Source: a virus | Virus record (IMG/VR): IMGVR_UViG_3300037149_000105 | Span: 64,001-128,000 of that record | Length of the DNA: 64,000 bases | Direction: 5' to 3' (one strand) | Shown here: one piece after another, positions 1 through 10,149 of the stretch | Position numbering within the stretch: the stretch's first letter is position 1 | Layout of the letters: each line of letters starts with the position of its first letter | Translations under genes and position numbers: made by a program | Notes under the pieces: model-generated | The model's database searches: none | What the model saw: only the letters and a program-made list of their open reading frames with translations | What the model was told of the DNA's origin: nothing

Positions 1-16
1 ATAACATGGAGGTTTT

Positions 17-943
17 GTGTTCCGGACCAAAAAAGTAGCCGTCATTTTTGATTTTGATAAAACGTTGTCCCCTGACTACATGCAGAGGGTGGTGTTTGAG
101 CGGTATGACATTGATGAAAATAAGTTTTGGGGGGATTGCCAGGAATGGTCTGAAGAAAATCTCCGTAATCTTGGCTCCAATCACCCAGAATTAAGCTACA
201 TGAACATGTTTCTTCAGTATGTTGAGGACGGTCGGATGCCCGGTCTGAACAACAAAAAGATGAAGGAACTGGGGGATCACATCCGTCTTTACCCTGGAGT
301 AGAGTCCCTCTTGAACACGCTATTCTACATGGGAGCAGAAATATACATCGTGTCTTCAGGTATCCGAGCCCTATTGGGTGGCCTCCAGGAACGAATCCGT
401 CTCTGCACGAAAAACCCCAATTTCAAAATCCAAAAGATATATGGTGGGGATTTTCGTGAACGAAATGGATTGATTCATGCTGTCGCCTCTGTGATGAGTC
501 CATCAGATAAACTCCGAGCCATTTATGAGATCAGCAAGGGCTGTGACTTTTATGGCTTTGACTTCACTGTCAGCCTTCCAAAAGAGAATGGACGGAGGGT
601 GCCGCTGGAACGGATGTGCTACATTGGTGATGGGCAGTCGGACGTTCCGTGCTTCAACCTCATCAAAGATTCGGGCGGGTTCACTCTTGGGGTATTCAAT
701 CCTGCCGAACCAAAACAGTTCGAGCAGATTGAGCAGATCAGGCAAGGTGGCCGACTCAGCACCATTGCGGTCACAGATTACTCCCCAGGCAGCACCGCTG
801 AGGCCGTTCTAGTGAGCAAGGCCAAGGAGTTCCTATACAAAGTTTCCGAGAACTATGAGTTCAGGCAAACGCTGGATGAGCTTAAGGGGAACAGGCCGGT
901 GCCGATTCACCCTTGGACCGCCCAACCAGACTTTTCTGAGTAA
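17..943 (+). CDS. HAD-superfamily hydrolase
   Basis: Motif I FDFDKTL, motif II IVSSG, motif IV YIGDGQSD; GGAGG RBS before GTG. Confidence 0.85.
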   Translation: MFRTKKVAVIFDFDKTLSPDYMQRVVFERYDIDENKFWGDCQEWSEENLRNLGSNHPELSYMNMFLQYVEDGRMPGLNNKKMKELGDHIRLYPGVESLLNTLFYMGAEIYIVSSGIRALLGGLQERIRLCTKNPNFKIQKIYGGDFRERNGLIHAVASVMSPSDKLRAIYEISKGCDFYGFDFTVSLPKENGRRVPLERMCYIGDGQSDVPCFNLIKDSGGFTLGVFNPAEPKQFEQIEQIRQGGRLSTIAVTDYSPGSTAEAVLVSKAKEFLYKVSENYEFRQTLDELKGNRPVPIHPWTAQPDFSE

Positions 944-963
944 TATCATCTAAGGAGATATCA

Positions 964-1206
964 ATGGCCAAATCGAAACACAACAAAACCGGTAATGGAA
1001 CTCATAGGGAGAGAACCCGAGCGGCTCGTGAAGCCCTTGAACTCAGCCGTAAGATGGCTGAACTTCAGGAGCTTCAGGACAAGTTGCAGAAGCAGCTACA
1101 GCAGACCAAAGTAGCAGTTGGAGAGGCGAAGGAGATGGTCAACACCCTCACCAGCGAAATGCCAATCATGCCTGTCATGGCGGAAGAAGAAGTTGCTGCT
1201 GAATGA
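964..1206 (+). CDS. small coiled-coil hypothetical protein
   Basis: AAGGAG RBS, basic N-terminus, heptad-rich core. Confidence 0.7.
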   Translation: MAKSKHNKTGNGTHRERTRAAREALELSRKMAELQELQDKLQKQLQQTKVAVGEAKEMVNTLTSEMPIMPVMAEEEVAAE

Positions 1207-1904
1207 GTGAGGCTCCGTGGGCTGTAGCTATTTTGCTGGGAAAGCGCAAGCCAAAATCCAGAAATGTGCTGCTCGGTTCCGATAGAGCCATCATCAAAGC
1301 CCTGGAGCGATCCTACAATATCAAAATTAACCCCTTTGATATGGAGGACCCCCAGGTGTTTTCCGTGGTGGATCAGGAGTCCCAAGTCCCACTAGCAGAG
1401 CAAGCGAGCTGCACATTTTGGAGGAACCCTCCGATAACTCGTAATGAGATTCTGCTCACTTATATCGTGTCCTCGCTAGCCCCAGACCTAAAAGAGTCCG
1501 AACAGAAGCCCATTATAAAGAGTTTTATGTATGATGTGGAATCAGTCAGAGACTTTAATGTTTTGTATTGGAGAGTCAAGACTGCTATGACTAACAAAGT
1601 TCTAGGCGTCTGGGACAAACAGCCTTGGGAATCCCCTTTTGGTTGGTTCGGAACCACAGATTTGGCTCCCCGCCTCTCTCGCTTATACCACGATTTACGC
1701 TCTTATGTATATGTCAAATTGGGTAACAAATCAGAAATCAAAACTTTAGGGCTCTCATCGGGGAAGATAAAGTATTTGAATGGGTTGAATCTGAGTAATA
1801 AAAGAATAGCTGATACGCTTAGTATATTGGCCCAATGGCGGTATCAATTTCTAAGCGACCAACAAGCTGCTTTTTTGGTGTCAACCAAGTGGAGTAACAA
1901 ATGA
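1203..1904 (+). CDS. hypothetical protein
   Basis: 233-aa ORF, ATGA overlap with upstream gene. Confidence 0.7.
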   Translation: MSEAPWAVAILLGKRKPKSRNVLLGSDRAIIKALERSYNIKINPFDMEDPQVFSVVDQESQVPLAEQASCTFWRNPPITRNEILLTYIVSSLAPDLKESEQKPIIKSFMYDVESVRDFNVLYWRVKTAMTNKVLGVWDKQPWESPFGWFGTTDLAPRLSRLYHDLRSYVYVKLGNKSEIKTLGLSSGKIKYLNGLNLSNKRIADTLSILAQWRYQFLSDQQAAFLVSTKWSNK

Positions 1905-2077
1905 CATATCCAGAAACCTCGCCAACCCGCAGAGCCCTTCAAGAAATCCAAGGTCCGGATAGCGAAGAAGTCTCTCGTCGCCGCGAAATCTTAGCACAGG
2001 ACGACAAAGAACTTGACGCCCAGCTAGCCGAAGAGGCTCTACTGATACAACAAATGATGTGCAAGAGGGCTCAATAA
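1901..2077 (+). CDS. small hypothetical protein (58 aa, not in ORF track)
   Basis: ATGA overlap with upstream stop and TAATG coupling to the next gene; MTYPETSPTRRALQ... Confidence 0.6.
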   Translation: MTYPETSPTRRALQEIQGPDSEEVSRRREILAQDDKELDAQLAEEALLIQQMMCKRAQ

Positions 2078-2355
2078 TGCTGAAGTCCGGGAGTAAAAAC
2101 ATCGCTTGGTGGCATCCACAGCCCAATGTAGTGATTGACGTTCGGGACATCTCTGGGTTCACCGTCTCCACTGAACAGTATTTTGATCCAGACGGGACTG
2201 CATCAATTATTGGACTTCGCTACACCCTTCTTGTCAGCTTCTCGAATAAGAGCAAGACAGACAGTGTGGCGTTTACCTACAACTCTCTCGATGAGTTAAA
2301 TGAGGTGTTATCCCCCTTCGAACTCTCTTGGATTCCGGATGAGGTGAAGGCATGA
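2077..2355 (+). CDS. hypothetical protein
   Basis: TAATG translational coupling; overlaps next gene by ATGA. Confidence 0.65.
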   Translation: MLKSGSKNIAWWHPQPNVVIDVRDISGFTVSTEQYFDPDGTASIIGLRYTLLVSFSNKSKTDSVAFTYNSLDELNEVLSPFELSWIPDEVKA

Positions 2356-3575
2356 GCTTGGAAATTAAAACCCTACTGGGCCTCAGAGATACAGAAAAGC
2401 GGATGTACGTCATCAATACTGATGAGGTTACCGAGTCAGAATATGAGTATTGCCAAGTCCTGTGCAACGTGTTGTGGGGAGATAAAGGGCTAGTTGAGTC
2501 TCTCGGACCCACTTGGAGCATGGTTCACGATGCCAGATTTGAGAATCTGGAGAGTAAGTTTGTGGTGAATCGTCCAGCCGTATTCGGTGGAGATGCTCGT
2601 CTGGGCAAGCAGTATATTGACGGAGATGGGCTCCTCAGCCACTCAATGGTTGAACTGGAATCCTATGCGGAAATCCTGGGTGAGGGTCGCCATTTCCATG
2701 AGATTGTCAAGGCAGATGGCTTAGACCCCAGAGAGTTTTATGGGATGTCCGATGATATTTTGTGGAAATACATCAAGCAGGAATGCCCTAACTACTTTGA
2801 CAACAAGGGCGGAGCCCCCAACACACGAGCCAATAGACTTTGGTTGTTGTTCCGTGGGGACCTCCTAGGGTTGATCGAAGATTACAGTGAAGTCCCGCTC
2901 CTTCAGGATTGGATCAAGCTGTCCTCTGGGGATCAGGCTGAAGAGTACGACTTCCTCCATGTTGCAGAAGAGCCGGTGGTCTGGGCTGAAGTCGATTATT
3001 TGGAACGTGCGCTCACGCTCAGAGCTTCGCTCAGAGTCTCAGCCGTCAAGGTGCTCCAGCGTTCCGGCCTCATGGCCCTGCTCCAAGAGAAGTATGAGTT
3101 CACCGATCAAGAGATTGACGAAGTGCTGAAACTGGTGTATCAGACTCCTTACGAGAAGTTGTATGAAGTTCCGGCGAAGGTCGTCAACTATGCCAATCAG
3201 GTCCGTCAGACAACCGCTGATACGACAAAGCGTATGCTCAGTCAGTGTAAGGCCAACTCCAAGGCTAGTAAGGAGATTGTTGCTAAGCTTCAAGCCGGAG
3301 ATATCAAGCCAATCAACACCACTGATGAAGAAGTCGAACGCGACTTGTCTCCAGAGGAGAAGCAGGTTCTTGCAATCCAGGGGAACCCTTATCGGTTGGA
3401 GCTTTTCCTCATGTTCGTTGAGGCAGAGCAGATGGGAGACTTGAAGACTCAGGATATCATCAAGCCCATTCTGGAAGACACTGACCTGATGGTAGACTCT
3501 TACACGGTCTTAGAGGTCCGAGAGAAGACCCTAACAAATCGCACTAGCAGTGCGGTTAGGGATGCTCTCTCTTGA
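2352..3575 (+). CDS. hypothetical protein
   Basis: 407-aa acidic ORF in operon. Confidence 0.75.
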   Translation: MSLEIKTLLGLRDTEKRMYVINTDEVTESEYEYCQVLCNVLWGDKGLVESLGPTWSMVHDARFENLESKFVVNRPAVFGGDARLGKQYIDGDGLLSHSMVELESYAEILGEGRHFHEIVKADGLDPREFYGMSDDILWKYIKQECPNYFDNKGGAPNTRANRLWLLFRGDLLGLIEDYSEVPLLQDWIKLSSGDQAEEYDFLHVAEEPVVWAEVDYLERALTLRASLRVSAVKVLQRSGLMALLQEKYEFTDQEIDEVLKLVYQTPYEKLYEVPAKVVNYANQVRQTTADTTKRMLSQCKANSKASKEIVAKLQAGDIKPINTTDEEVERDLSPEEKQVLAIQGNPYRLELFLMFVEAEQMGDLKTQDIIKPILEDTDLMVDSYTVLEVREKTLTNRTSSAVRDALS

Positions 3576-3847
3576 ACTACACCACCCCTCACCCAATAGT
3601 GCTCGAAACACCATTGCAGTGGAAAGATATGACAGCAGAAGAGCAGGAATGGATTATCACTGGGATTCGAACTAATACTTTAGCAGATGCTGCAAAGAAG
3701 TTTGACCCAGTGATGCCCATGCTTTTAACTGTCCAATTCCCGCTGTCTTTGGTTGACCCGCGCCATCCTGCGGGGGCATTCGGGCAAGCACAAATCTTAA
3801 TAGAGCCCCGCGCTTCCAATGATGATGCGGGTTTGGAAAAGTTGTAG
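3572..3847 (+). CDS. hypothetical protein
   Basis: TTGA overlap with upstream stop. Confidence 0.55.
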   Translation: MNYTTPHPIVLETPLQWKDMTAEEQEWIITGIRTNTLADAAKKFDPVMPMLLTVQFPLSLVDPRHPAGAFGQAQILIEPRASNDDAGLEKL

Positions 3848-3948
3848 TTCCACGATAGTTACACGGCGTCAGGAAAAACTGAGTATCAGGTATAGTGGCG
3901 CGGTATCTCGACTATCCCACGCTGTAATGAAACATCCTAGGAGAATCA

Positions 3949-5082
3949 ATGGCAATCACTAAAGAACCTCGTAAAACACAGAGAGCCGAAGCAATTCTCT
4001 CTGAATCTACAAAGAAGTATGACCCTAATGCCACCATCGAACAGTTGGTTGCAGACCTACGGCGAGTCCAGGAATCAAACCCTGAGACATTTATCTCTCG
4101 AAATTTTTATCGGATTCATGGTAGGTACTCAGAGAAGACTTGGAATAGCCTCTTTGGTACCATGTTGGAATTCAGGCGGCAAGCTGGCTTAGAATTGTCT
4201 CGGAATCAGGCCCAGCTTGAAAAACATATTGCAAAACATGCCAGTCTTGATGTTTATCGAGAGTTCCAAGAGGCAGAAATTTCTCCGTGGGTGGGTAAAT
4301 ACACAAAGCCCAATGATGGAGGAAGAACTAAAACTATTCTGGTTGCCAGTGACTTCCATGACAAGGAGGTAGATCCTTTCGTCCTCTCCGTGTTCATTGA
4401 TACGGCCAAGCGAGTTCAGCCTGATATCATCGTCCTAAATGGCGACATCTTTGACCTCTATGAGTTTTCTAGATTTGATAAGGATCCCAGACTTGCAGAT
4501 CTAAAGGGCCGGTTCGATTTTGTTCGAGAGAGTATCTTCCAGCCGCTTCGTGATGCTTGCCCTAATTCCCAGATTGACTTCACTCTCGGAAATCACGAAC
4601 AGAGATTGCTGAAGCATCTGGCAGACAAGACCCCGTTTATGAAAGTCCTAATGGATCTATGCGGTAGCACTCTAGCCTCTTTGTTTGGTTTGGATGAGTT
4701 CAAGATTAATCTGGTTACCAAATGGGATTTGACAGCTTGGAAGCCAGGAGAACTCAGGGATCAGGCTAAGAAGAACTATATCGTTTATTACAACTGCTTC
4801 GTTTGTAACCACACTGGCAACGAGGGCTTTGGGCTTTCAGGAACCTCTGGTCATGTTCATCGCCCTGATGTGAAAACATCAGCCAATGTCAATGGTCCAC
4901 TGGTTTGGACAACTACTGGTTGTATGTGTCGCACCAATGCAGAGTACACGACTACCATGGAGAAGTGGCACAACAGCTTCCTCCTCGTTCATGTGGACAC
5001 TTGGAAGAAGCAAGTCGTCCCCGAGCACATCCTTTTCACCGACTTTATGACTTGTGTCGGAGGCAAGTATTACTTTAGATAA
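3949..5082 (+). CDS. calcineurin-like metallophosphoesterase with N-terminal helical extension
   Basis: SDFH, NGDIFD, LGNHE, SGHVH motifs. Confidence 0.85.
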   Translation: MAITKEPRKTQRAEAILSESTKKYDPNATIEQLVADLRRVQESNPETFISRNFYRIHGRYSEKTWNSLFGTMLEFRRQAGLELSRNQAQLEKHIAKHASLDVYREFQEAEISPWVGKYTKPNDGGRTKTILVASDFHDKEVDPFVLSVFIDTAKRVQPDIIVLNGDIFDLYEFSRFDKDPRLADLKGRFDFVRESIFQPLRDACPNSQIDFTLGNHEQRLLKHLADKTPFMKVLMDLCGSTLASLFGLDEFKINLVTKWDLTAWKPGELRDQAKKNYIVYYNCFVCNHTGNEGFGLSGTSGHVHRPDVKTSANVNGPLVWTTTGCMCRTNAEYTTTMEKWHNSFLLVHVDTWKKQVVPEHILFTDFMTCVGGKYYFR

Positions 5083-5093
5083 GGGATGGATTG

Positions 5094-5654
5094 ATGACTT
5101 GTGTGGTAGGACTTAGCGCAAAGGGAAAAATCTGGATCGGCGGAGACGCCGCTGGGTTTGATACTGAAACTTACAGATGCGTGGCGATGCGGGATACCAA
5201 GGTATTCAAACTTGGAACTGAGTATTTGGTTGGGTTTGCAGGATCCTATCGGTTTGGCCAATTGCTTAGATACAAATTTGTCCCCCCAGAGAAACCCGAA
5301 GGTCAGGATGACTATGAATTTTTGGTCACAGATTTCATGGATTTGTTGAGAAACACCATGAAAGACGAAGGCATTGTCAAGATTGAAAACTCAATAGAAA
5401 GTCTTGATGAGGCCGGTGCCCTCGTTGGTTTCAATGGGAAGCTCTACAACATTGAGGAGGATTTTCAAATAGGGGAGATGGTTCTTCCCTACTGCGCGAT
5501 AGGCAGCGGAGCAGATTATTCCTATGGAAGTTTGGACACCTCTTTCAAGATATCAAAACGGATGGCCCCTCGTAAGCGAGTTCTGATGGCCCTAGAAGCA
5601 GCCTCTGCTTTCTCCTCTGCGGTGCGTCCTCCTTTTACAATCATGTCCTCGTAG
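5094..5654 (+). CDS. Ntn-hydrolase, HslV/proteasome beta-subunit-like protease
   Basis: M-T-C-V-V start (N-terminal Thr), GGD, K-V-F, GFAGS, AIGSG motifs. Confidence 0.8.
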   Translation: MTCVVGLSAKGKIWIGGDAAGFDTETYRCVAMRDTKVFKLGTEYLVGFAGSYRFGQLLRYKFVPPEKPEGQDDYEFLVTDFMDLLRNTMKDEGIVKIENSIESLDEAGALVGFNGKLYNIEEDFQIGEMVLPYCAIGSGADYSYGSLDTSFKISKRMAPRKRVLMALEAASAFSSAVRPPFTIMSS

Positions 5655-5683
5655 GACTTCCTATCCCTCTCGTAGAGGTACGA

Positions 5684-6172
5684 ATGGGAACTTCACAGGT
5701 AATAGGGTTCATGCAAGCTGAGGCCGAGGCCCAAACCGGGGATTTGGCTTTTTTTGATGGGTCAACACTTATAGATGACATTATCAAATGGGACACTAGC
5801 TCACCCTGGTGCCACGTTGGAATTATTATTGAATTTGGTGGTCGGAAATGGCTGGATGAGTCCCTCCCCTCAAAAGGTCCACATCTTGTTCTCCTTGCCG
5901 AGCGGACCCCACAGATGATTGTGAATCGTCACTCATCTCTCTCTGAAGATGCACTGAATTACGCTTTTTCAAAATTTGACCTAGACTATAGTTACGAGAA
6001 CGCCATCCTAGCGGGCTTGGGGATGAAGACGGTTAATGGCGGGATGATGTGCTCAGAGTATGTAGGAGATGTGTTAGAGCGGGATGGGGTCAGGGGAATC
6101 CCAAGCAAAGGTTTGACTCCTGGAGCTTTGTTTGCTGTGTTCCAGAATTGTGACCAGACTCTTATTTCATAG
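5684..6172 (+). CDS. permuted papain-like NlpC/P60 (YiiX/YebB-like) protein
   Basis: GDL..., HVGI, Y-S-Y, CSEYV, LTP order typical of permuted NlpC/P60. Confidence 0.75.
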   Translation: MGTSQVIGFMQAEAEAQTGDLAFFDGSTLIDDIIKWDTSSPWCHVGIIIEFGGRKWLDESLPSKGPHLVLLAERTPQMIVNRHSSLSEDALNYAFSKFDLDYSYENAILAGLGMKTVNGGMMCSEYVGDVLERDGVRGIPSKGLTPGALFAVFQNCDQTLIS

Positions 6173-6179
6173 GTGACAT

Positions 6180-7406
6180 ATGGCTCTGTTGGATCGTGAT
6201 CATGTTTTCGCTGCGCTTGAGGCGGTGAATGAGGTATTAAAACATAAATACCAAAAAGAAACCGTCATGGTTACCGGGGGAGCTGCTCTAATGTTCCTAT
6301 TTGACGATTTTTATCGCCCCGTGAAGGACATAGATGCCTGCGGGATGAGCCAAAATCTCGCCAAAGCGATTGAAGAGATTACTTGGGAGAAGGATTTACC
6401 AGGAAATTGGTTTAACGATGAGGCGAGTGAGTATTATTACCCCCGAGAGACGGCGGAAGGCCCCAAGTTTTCAAATTTGAGCATTCAATGCCCCTCTAAG
6501 ATGTATCTTTTGTGCCTTAAGATTCATTCCAAACGTTCTGCGGAGCAATCCCACGACCCTCAGGACGTAGAATTCATGATCGAACGGATGCCTGAAGTCC
6601 AGACTGACCAGGATTGGCAACTTTGCTATAAAAAATGGTTTGGAAAGACCGATTGGAGCAGTTTTTGTGCCGAGTCTGTTCACCAAGCACTAGCAAAACG
6701 CTCTCCCAAGGTAGCAGCAGAGGCTCCACACACCGATAAACCCCCTGAACCCCTGATGATTGCCCTCATTAACCAAAGTGAGTGGAAGAAGAATCCATCC
6801 GGAGATGGGAAGGTACATATTTTCACTGAGGAACCTGAAGAGCCCCAAGATTCCAACAGCCCCTTTCGTGTCAGAGCGTCTGGAGAAGACTTGGTTGAGA
6901 AAGCGATCGAGTTTGCAACAGAAAAACACAAGGATCAGAGACGAAAATGGACCGGAGAGAGCTACATTGTCCATCCAGAGGCCGTAGCGGATACCATCAG
7001 AGCCATCGGGGGCTCCACGGAGATGGTTTGTGCTGCGTGGCTTCATGATACGATTGAAGATCAGGGGGTTCGACCGGAGGAATTGACTGAACTTTTTGGG
7101 CCAAAAGTGTCTAAATTGGTCGTGGAATTGTCCGAAATCTCCAAATTAGAAGACGGAAACCGCAAAACTAGGAAGGAAATTGACCGAAAACACTACAGCA
7201 ATGCCTCTCCAGAGGGTCAGACGATAAAGTTGGCTGACATGCTGAATAATGGTTATGATATTGTAGAATCCAACCCAGGATTTGCCAGAACTTACATTCC
7301 AGAACTTGAGGCACTATTTGAGGTTCTCACCAAAGGTAACCCCACCTTGAGAAACAAGGTAGCAGAGATGATAGCGATCTCAAAACGAAAGTTGGGTCTG
7401 AACTGA
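6180..7406 (+). CDS. nucleotidyltransferase (DUF6036-like) fused to RelA/SpoT/MESH1-type HD hydrolase
   Basis: N-term GGAAL...R.VKDID...WFND...LK...D..D; C-term H.DQRRK..GESYIVHP, AAWLHDTIED, IKLAD.L.N. Confidence 0.8.
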   Translation: MALLDRDHVFAALEAVNEVLKHKYQKETVMVTGGAALMFLFDDFYRPVKDIDACGMSQNLAKAIEEITWEKDLPGNWFNDEASEYYYPRETAEGPKFSNLSIQCPSKMYLLCLKIHSKRSAEQSHDPQDVEFMIERMPEVQTDQDWQLCYKKWFGKTDWSSFCAESVHQALAKRSPKVAAEAPHTDKPPEPLMIALINQSEWKKNPSGDGKVHIFTEEPEEPQDSNSPFRVRASGEDLVEKAIEFATEKHKDQRRKWTGESYIVHPEAVADTIRAIGGSTEMVCAAWLHDTIEDQGVRPEELTELFGPKVSKLVVELSEISKLEDGNRKTRKEIDRKHYSNASPEGQTIKLADMLNNGYDIVESNPGFARTYIPELEALFEVLTKGNPTLRNKVAEMIAISKRKLGLN

Positions 7407-7441
7407 CATATTGGCTTTCGCTCTCTAAGTGAGAGGGTAGG

Positions 7442-7807
7442 ATGCTCACGAAACGTATGGTAGAGGTTTTAACGTCCCACAAGCTATTGAGTCCTCAGAT
7501 TAAGGATTTAATCAAATCTAATGCGTTAAATAACCCAAAAACGGCTTATTTTTATGCAAGATATGTCCTTAACGGGCCTTTTTCAGAGGGGGAAGCAGCT
7601 ATTTCCCAGAGTCCCAAGTTTAGTTACTACTATGCTAAGGAGGTTCTTCACCATAGGTTTGAGGCCGGGGAACCTGTTCTGGCACACTCTAGTGGATGGT
7701 GGTTTGATTACTGGATTGATATTCTTGATGGTAAATGGCCAAAAGAAATGTCTCAAGCTCTATTAGAAGCCCGAGTCCTATGGGGCAAATCTGGTGGTGG
7801 AAGGTAG
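7442..7807 (+). CDS. hypothetical protein with Y-x-YA-x2-VL-x2-RF-x2-GE helical repeats
   Basis: Two to three internal repeats; same repeat in 51063..51785 and C-term of 41690..44458. Confidence 0.7.
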   Translation: MLTKRMVEVLTSHKLLSPQIKDLIKSNALNNPKTAYFYARYVLNGPFSEGEAAISQSPKFSYYYAKEVLHHRFEAGEPVLAHSSGWWFDYWIDILDGKWPKEMSQALLEARVLWGKSGGGR

Positions 7808-7809
7808 CA

Positions 7810-8232
7810 ATGGCAATTCGTAAAAGGTACACGTTCGATCTGACAGAGTTCGAAGTTGAGGCCAAACGAGGGCATGTGGACTGCGCGGCGGAGGAAGGTG
7901 ACTCTGAATGGGTATGCGATATTATCCCTAAGCTGGACATGGACCTCCCAGCCAGTGTAGTGAAGGCTATCATCACAGAGGCGAGGAAGCAATTTGAGGA
8001 AGACCTCAAGCGGGAATATGCAGCCCAGTCATTCCACTGGAAGGGGGATAGGCGGTCCCCTTTGCTTCGATTTGTCAAAGGGGACCACGTGACCTTCAAG
8101 GGTGGCGAGGGCGAGGTGGTCTATGCGATTCCTGAACAAAAAAAGTTCGGAGTAAAGACTACAGATGGTAAGGTTCTCAATTTCGATCTGAAATCTTTTG
8201 AACATTTCCTATTCAAGAAGGTGACTTCCTAG
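7810..8232 (+). CDS. hypothetical protein
   Basis: ATG at 7810 after GGAAGG; in frame with track ORF 7735..8232. Confidence 0.65.
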   Translation: MAIRKRYTFDLTEFEVEAKRGHVDCAAEEGDSEWVCDIIPKLDMDLPASVVKAIITEARKQFEEDLKREYAAQSFHWKGDRRSPLLRFVKGDHVTFKGGEGEVVYAIPEQKKFGVKTTDGKVLNFDLKSFEHFLFKKVTS

Positions 8233-8254
8233 TACTAGATTATAGGAGTTCACG

Positions 8255-9094
8255 ATGCCACAAACCCGCACACCTTGGGGGTTAGATGATACAAAAAAGC
8301 TAGTAATGCTTTACCCCGTAGGGACTAAGGGTGAAATTACAGCAGCATTCCCCAATCGTGCTTGGAATACCATAAAAGGTAAGGCGAGGAGGCTCAACCT
8401 CAAGTTGTCTCGCGCTTGCTACAAATGTGATTTATCTATACTTTTAGACAAGTCAGATGTTTCCTTTTATTGGCTAGGGTTCCTCTGTGCGGACGCTAAC
8501 TTCACTGAACATACTGTGGGGCTTGAAATATCAGAAAAGGACGTTGTGCATCTTAATACTTTTTGCAATTACATTAATTACCCTGAAACTGGTTTATTCC
8601 GAAGAAGTCGTAAGATATTTGGGAAACAGCAGAACGCGACCCTATGTGCCTATGCAAATCATAAAGAGGTAGTTCAAAAGTTAAGAAACACTTACTCCAT
8701 ATCTAACAATAAGATGAAAAATCCCATTGACATTTCTAGTATGTTGGACTTAGAGCTTATGTGTTTTTTCATTGGGTTTATTGATGGAGACGGCTCTATC
8801 TGTTTTCGTAAGAATGGATCCATTGTAGTCAGTATTGAGATAGACAAATCTTGGTTCTCCATATTAAAATCCTTTGAACTTCTTCTTCCTAGATTAAATA
8901 TAATCACTTCAGTTAGAGCATTGCTCTATACTAGATCTGATACTCGGCAAACTTTCGCTCGTTGGCAGACTTCTAGTAGACCTGTTTTTTATCAATTTCG
9001 GCAATTTGCCGTGGAGCACCATCTCCCAATTATGCATAGAAAGTGGTTTTCCAGAGATTCTTCTTGCACGATTTTCTCAAAACCAGTAATATGA
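8255..9094 (+). CDS. double-motif LAGLIDADG homing endonuclease
   Basis: YWLGFLCADA and FFIGFIDGDGSI motifs, C-terminal RKW; AT-rich. Confidence 0.85.
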   Translation: MPQTRTPWGLDDTKKLVMLYPVGTKGEITAAFPNRAWNTIKGKARRLNLKLSRACYKCDLSILLDKSDVSFYWLGFLCADANFTEHTVGLEISEKDVVHLNTFCNYINYPETGLFRRSRKIFGKQQNATLCAYANHKEVVQKLRNTYSISNNKMKNPIDISSMLDLELMCFFIGFIDGDGSICFRKNGSIVVSIEIDKSWFSILKSFELLLPRLNIITSVRALLYTRSDTRQTFARWQTSSRPVFYQFRQFAVEHHLPIMHRKWFSRDSSCTIFSKPVI

Positions 9095-9109
9095 TAAAGG
9101 GAGGCTCTC

Positions 9110-9748
9110 GTGAACATGTGGTTTACAGCAGACCAGCATTTTTCACATGAAAGAATTATAGAGATGACTGGTAGGCCATTCGCCTCTGTAGAGGAGATGA
9201 ATAGTGTCCTGGTAGCTAACTATAATGCTCTAGTTCAGCCGGAGGATGTGGTTTACTTTCTCGGAGACGTTTGCATGGGCAAATTAACCGAATCTCTCTC
9301 GCTTCTCTCTCAACTAAAAGGTCACAAGATTTTGGCTGCGCTGGGTAACCATGATCGCCCATCCCACCTCTACCATCATAAGACGGAAGAAAAGCGGCAA
9401 GAATGGCTAGCAAAATATCAAGAATATTTTGAAGCCATCCATGAAAGTCTCAAGATGGAACTGTGCGTCCCCCGAGTAGGGATGCAACCCACAGCTAGAC
9501 TCGATGTGATGCCAGTCCTCCTACACCACCTCCCCTATCTGGATGACACCTTTGTGGATCATGCCTATGAGGGTCGATACAGGGAGTTTCAGCCCGTCAA
9601 CGATGGCAAGACCATCTTGATTCATGGTCATGTCCACGGAGCATGGAAGCAAAAGGGTCGTCAAATCAATGTTGGTGTGGATGTCTGGGACTACAAACCA
9701 GTCAGCCTCCACCAGCTTTCCCAACTCGTTTTACCCCCAACAGTCTAA
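9110..9748 (+). CDS. metallophosphoesterase
   Basis: WFTADQHF, LGDV, GNHD, IHGHVH, NVGVD. Confidence 0.9.
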   Translation: MNMWFTADQHFSHERIIEMTGRPFASVEEMNSVLVANYNALVQPEDVVYFLGDVCMGKLTESLSLLSQLKGHKILAALGNHDRPSHLYHHKTEEKRQEWLAKYQEYFEAIHESLKMELCVPRVGMQPTARLDVMPVLLHHLPYLDDTFVDHAYEGRYREFQPVNDGKTILIHGHVHGAWKQKGRQINVGVDVWDYKPVSLHQLSQLVLPPTV

Positions 9749-9759
9749 AGGAGACACAG

Positions 9760-10083
9760 ATGGATAATATCATCGCAAGTTGCAGTGCTCACGTTTCTTA
9801 CCTCTATAATAGCAAGGTTAACGCCTTGCTTCCCATGATTCATGCGGAAGTCGAAGTTGTTAAGGGCCGGGGCAATCAGCCCACCGAGACCCTGAACTTC
9901 TGTGCCACTCCCGCTGGGATGAATCAGTTGATGGCGTCTATTCAGGACGCAATCCAGACTACTGAGATGGCCAAGAATTCCAAGCCTCAGTTCATGACTG
10001 AGGGAGAGTGGTTTCAGTTCTTGAAAAACCACCCGGAAGATGCTGTCATCAATGGAGACGATCAGCCCCCAGTTGAGGGTTAA
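9760..10083 (+). CDS. hypothetical protein
   Basis: AAGGAG RBS before ATG 9760. Confidence 0.65.
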   Translation: MDNIIASCSAHVSYLYNSKVNALLPMIHAEVEVVKGRGNQPTETLNFCATPAGMNQLMASIQDAIQTTEMAKNSKPQFMTEGEWFQFLKNHPEDAVINGDDQPPVEG

Positions 10084-10113
10084 TGATTCCAGCAGCGATT
10101 GGTAAGTTTTGTA

Positions 10114-10143
10114 TATACAAATCGCTAACTTTCTGGGTATACT
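10114..10143 (+). promoter_or_regulatory. sigma70-like phage promoter (TATACA-N18-TATACT)
   Basis: Same motif repeated at 26126, 27327, 29266, 34221. Confidence 0.7.
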
Positions 10144-10149
10144 AACTAC

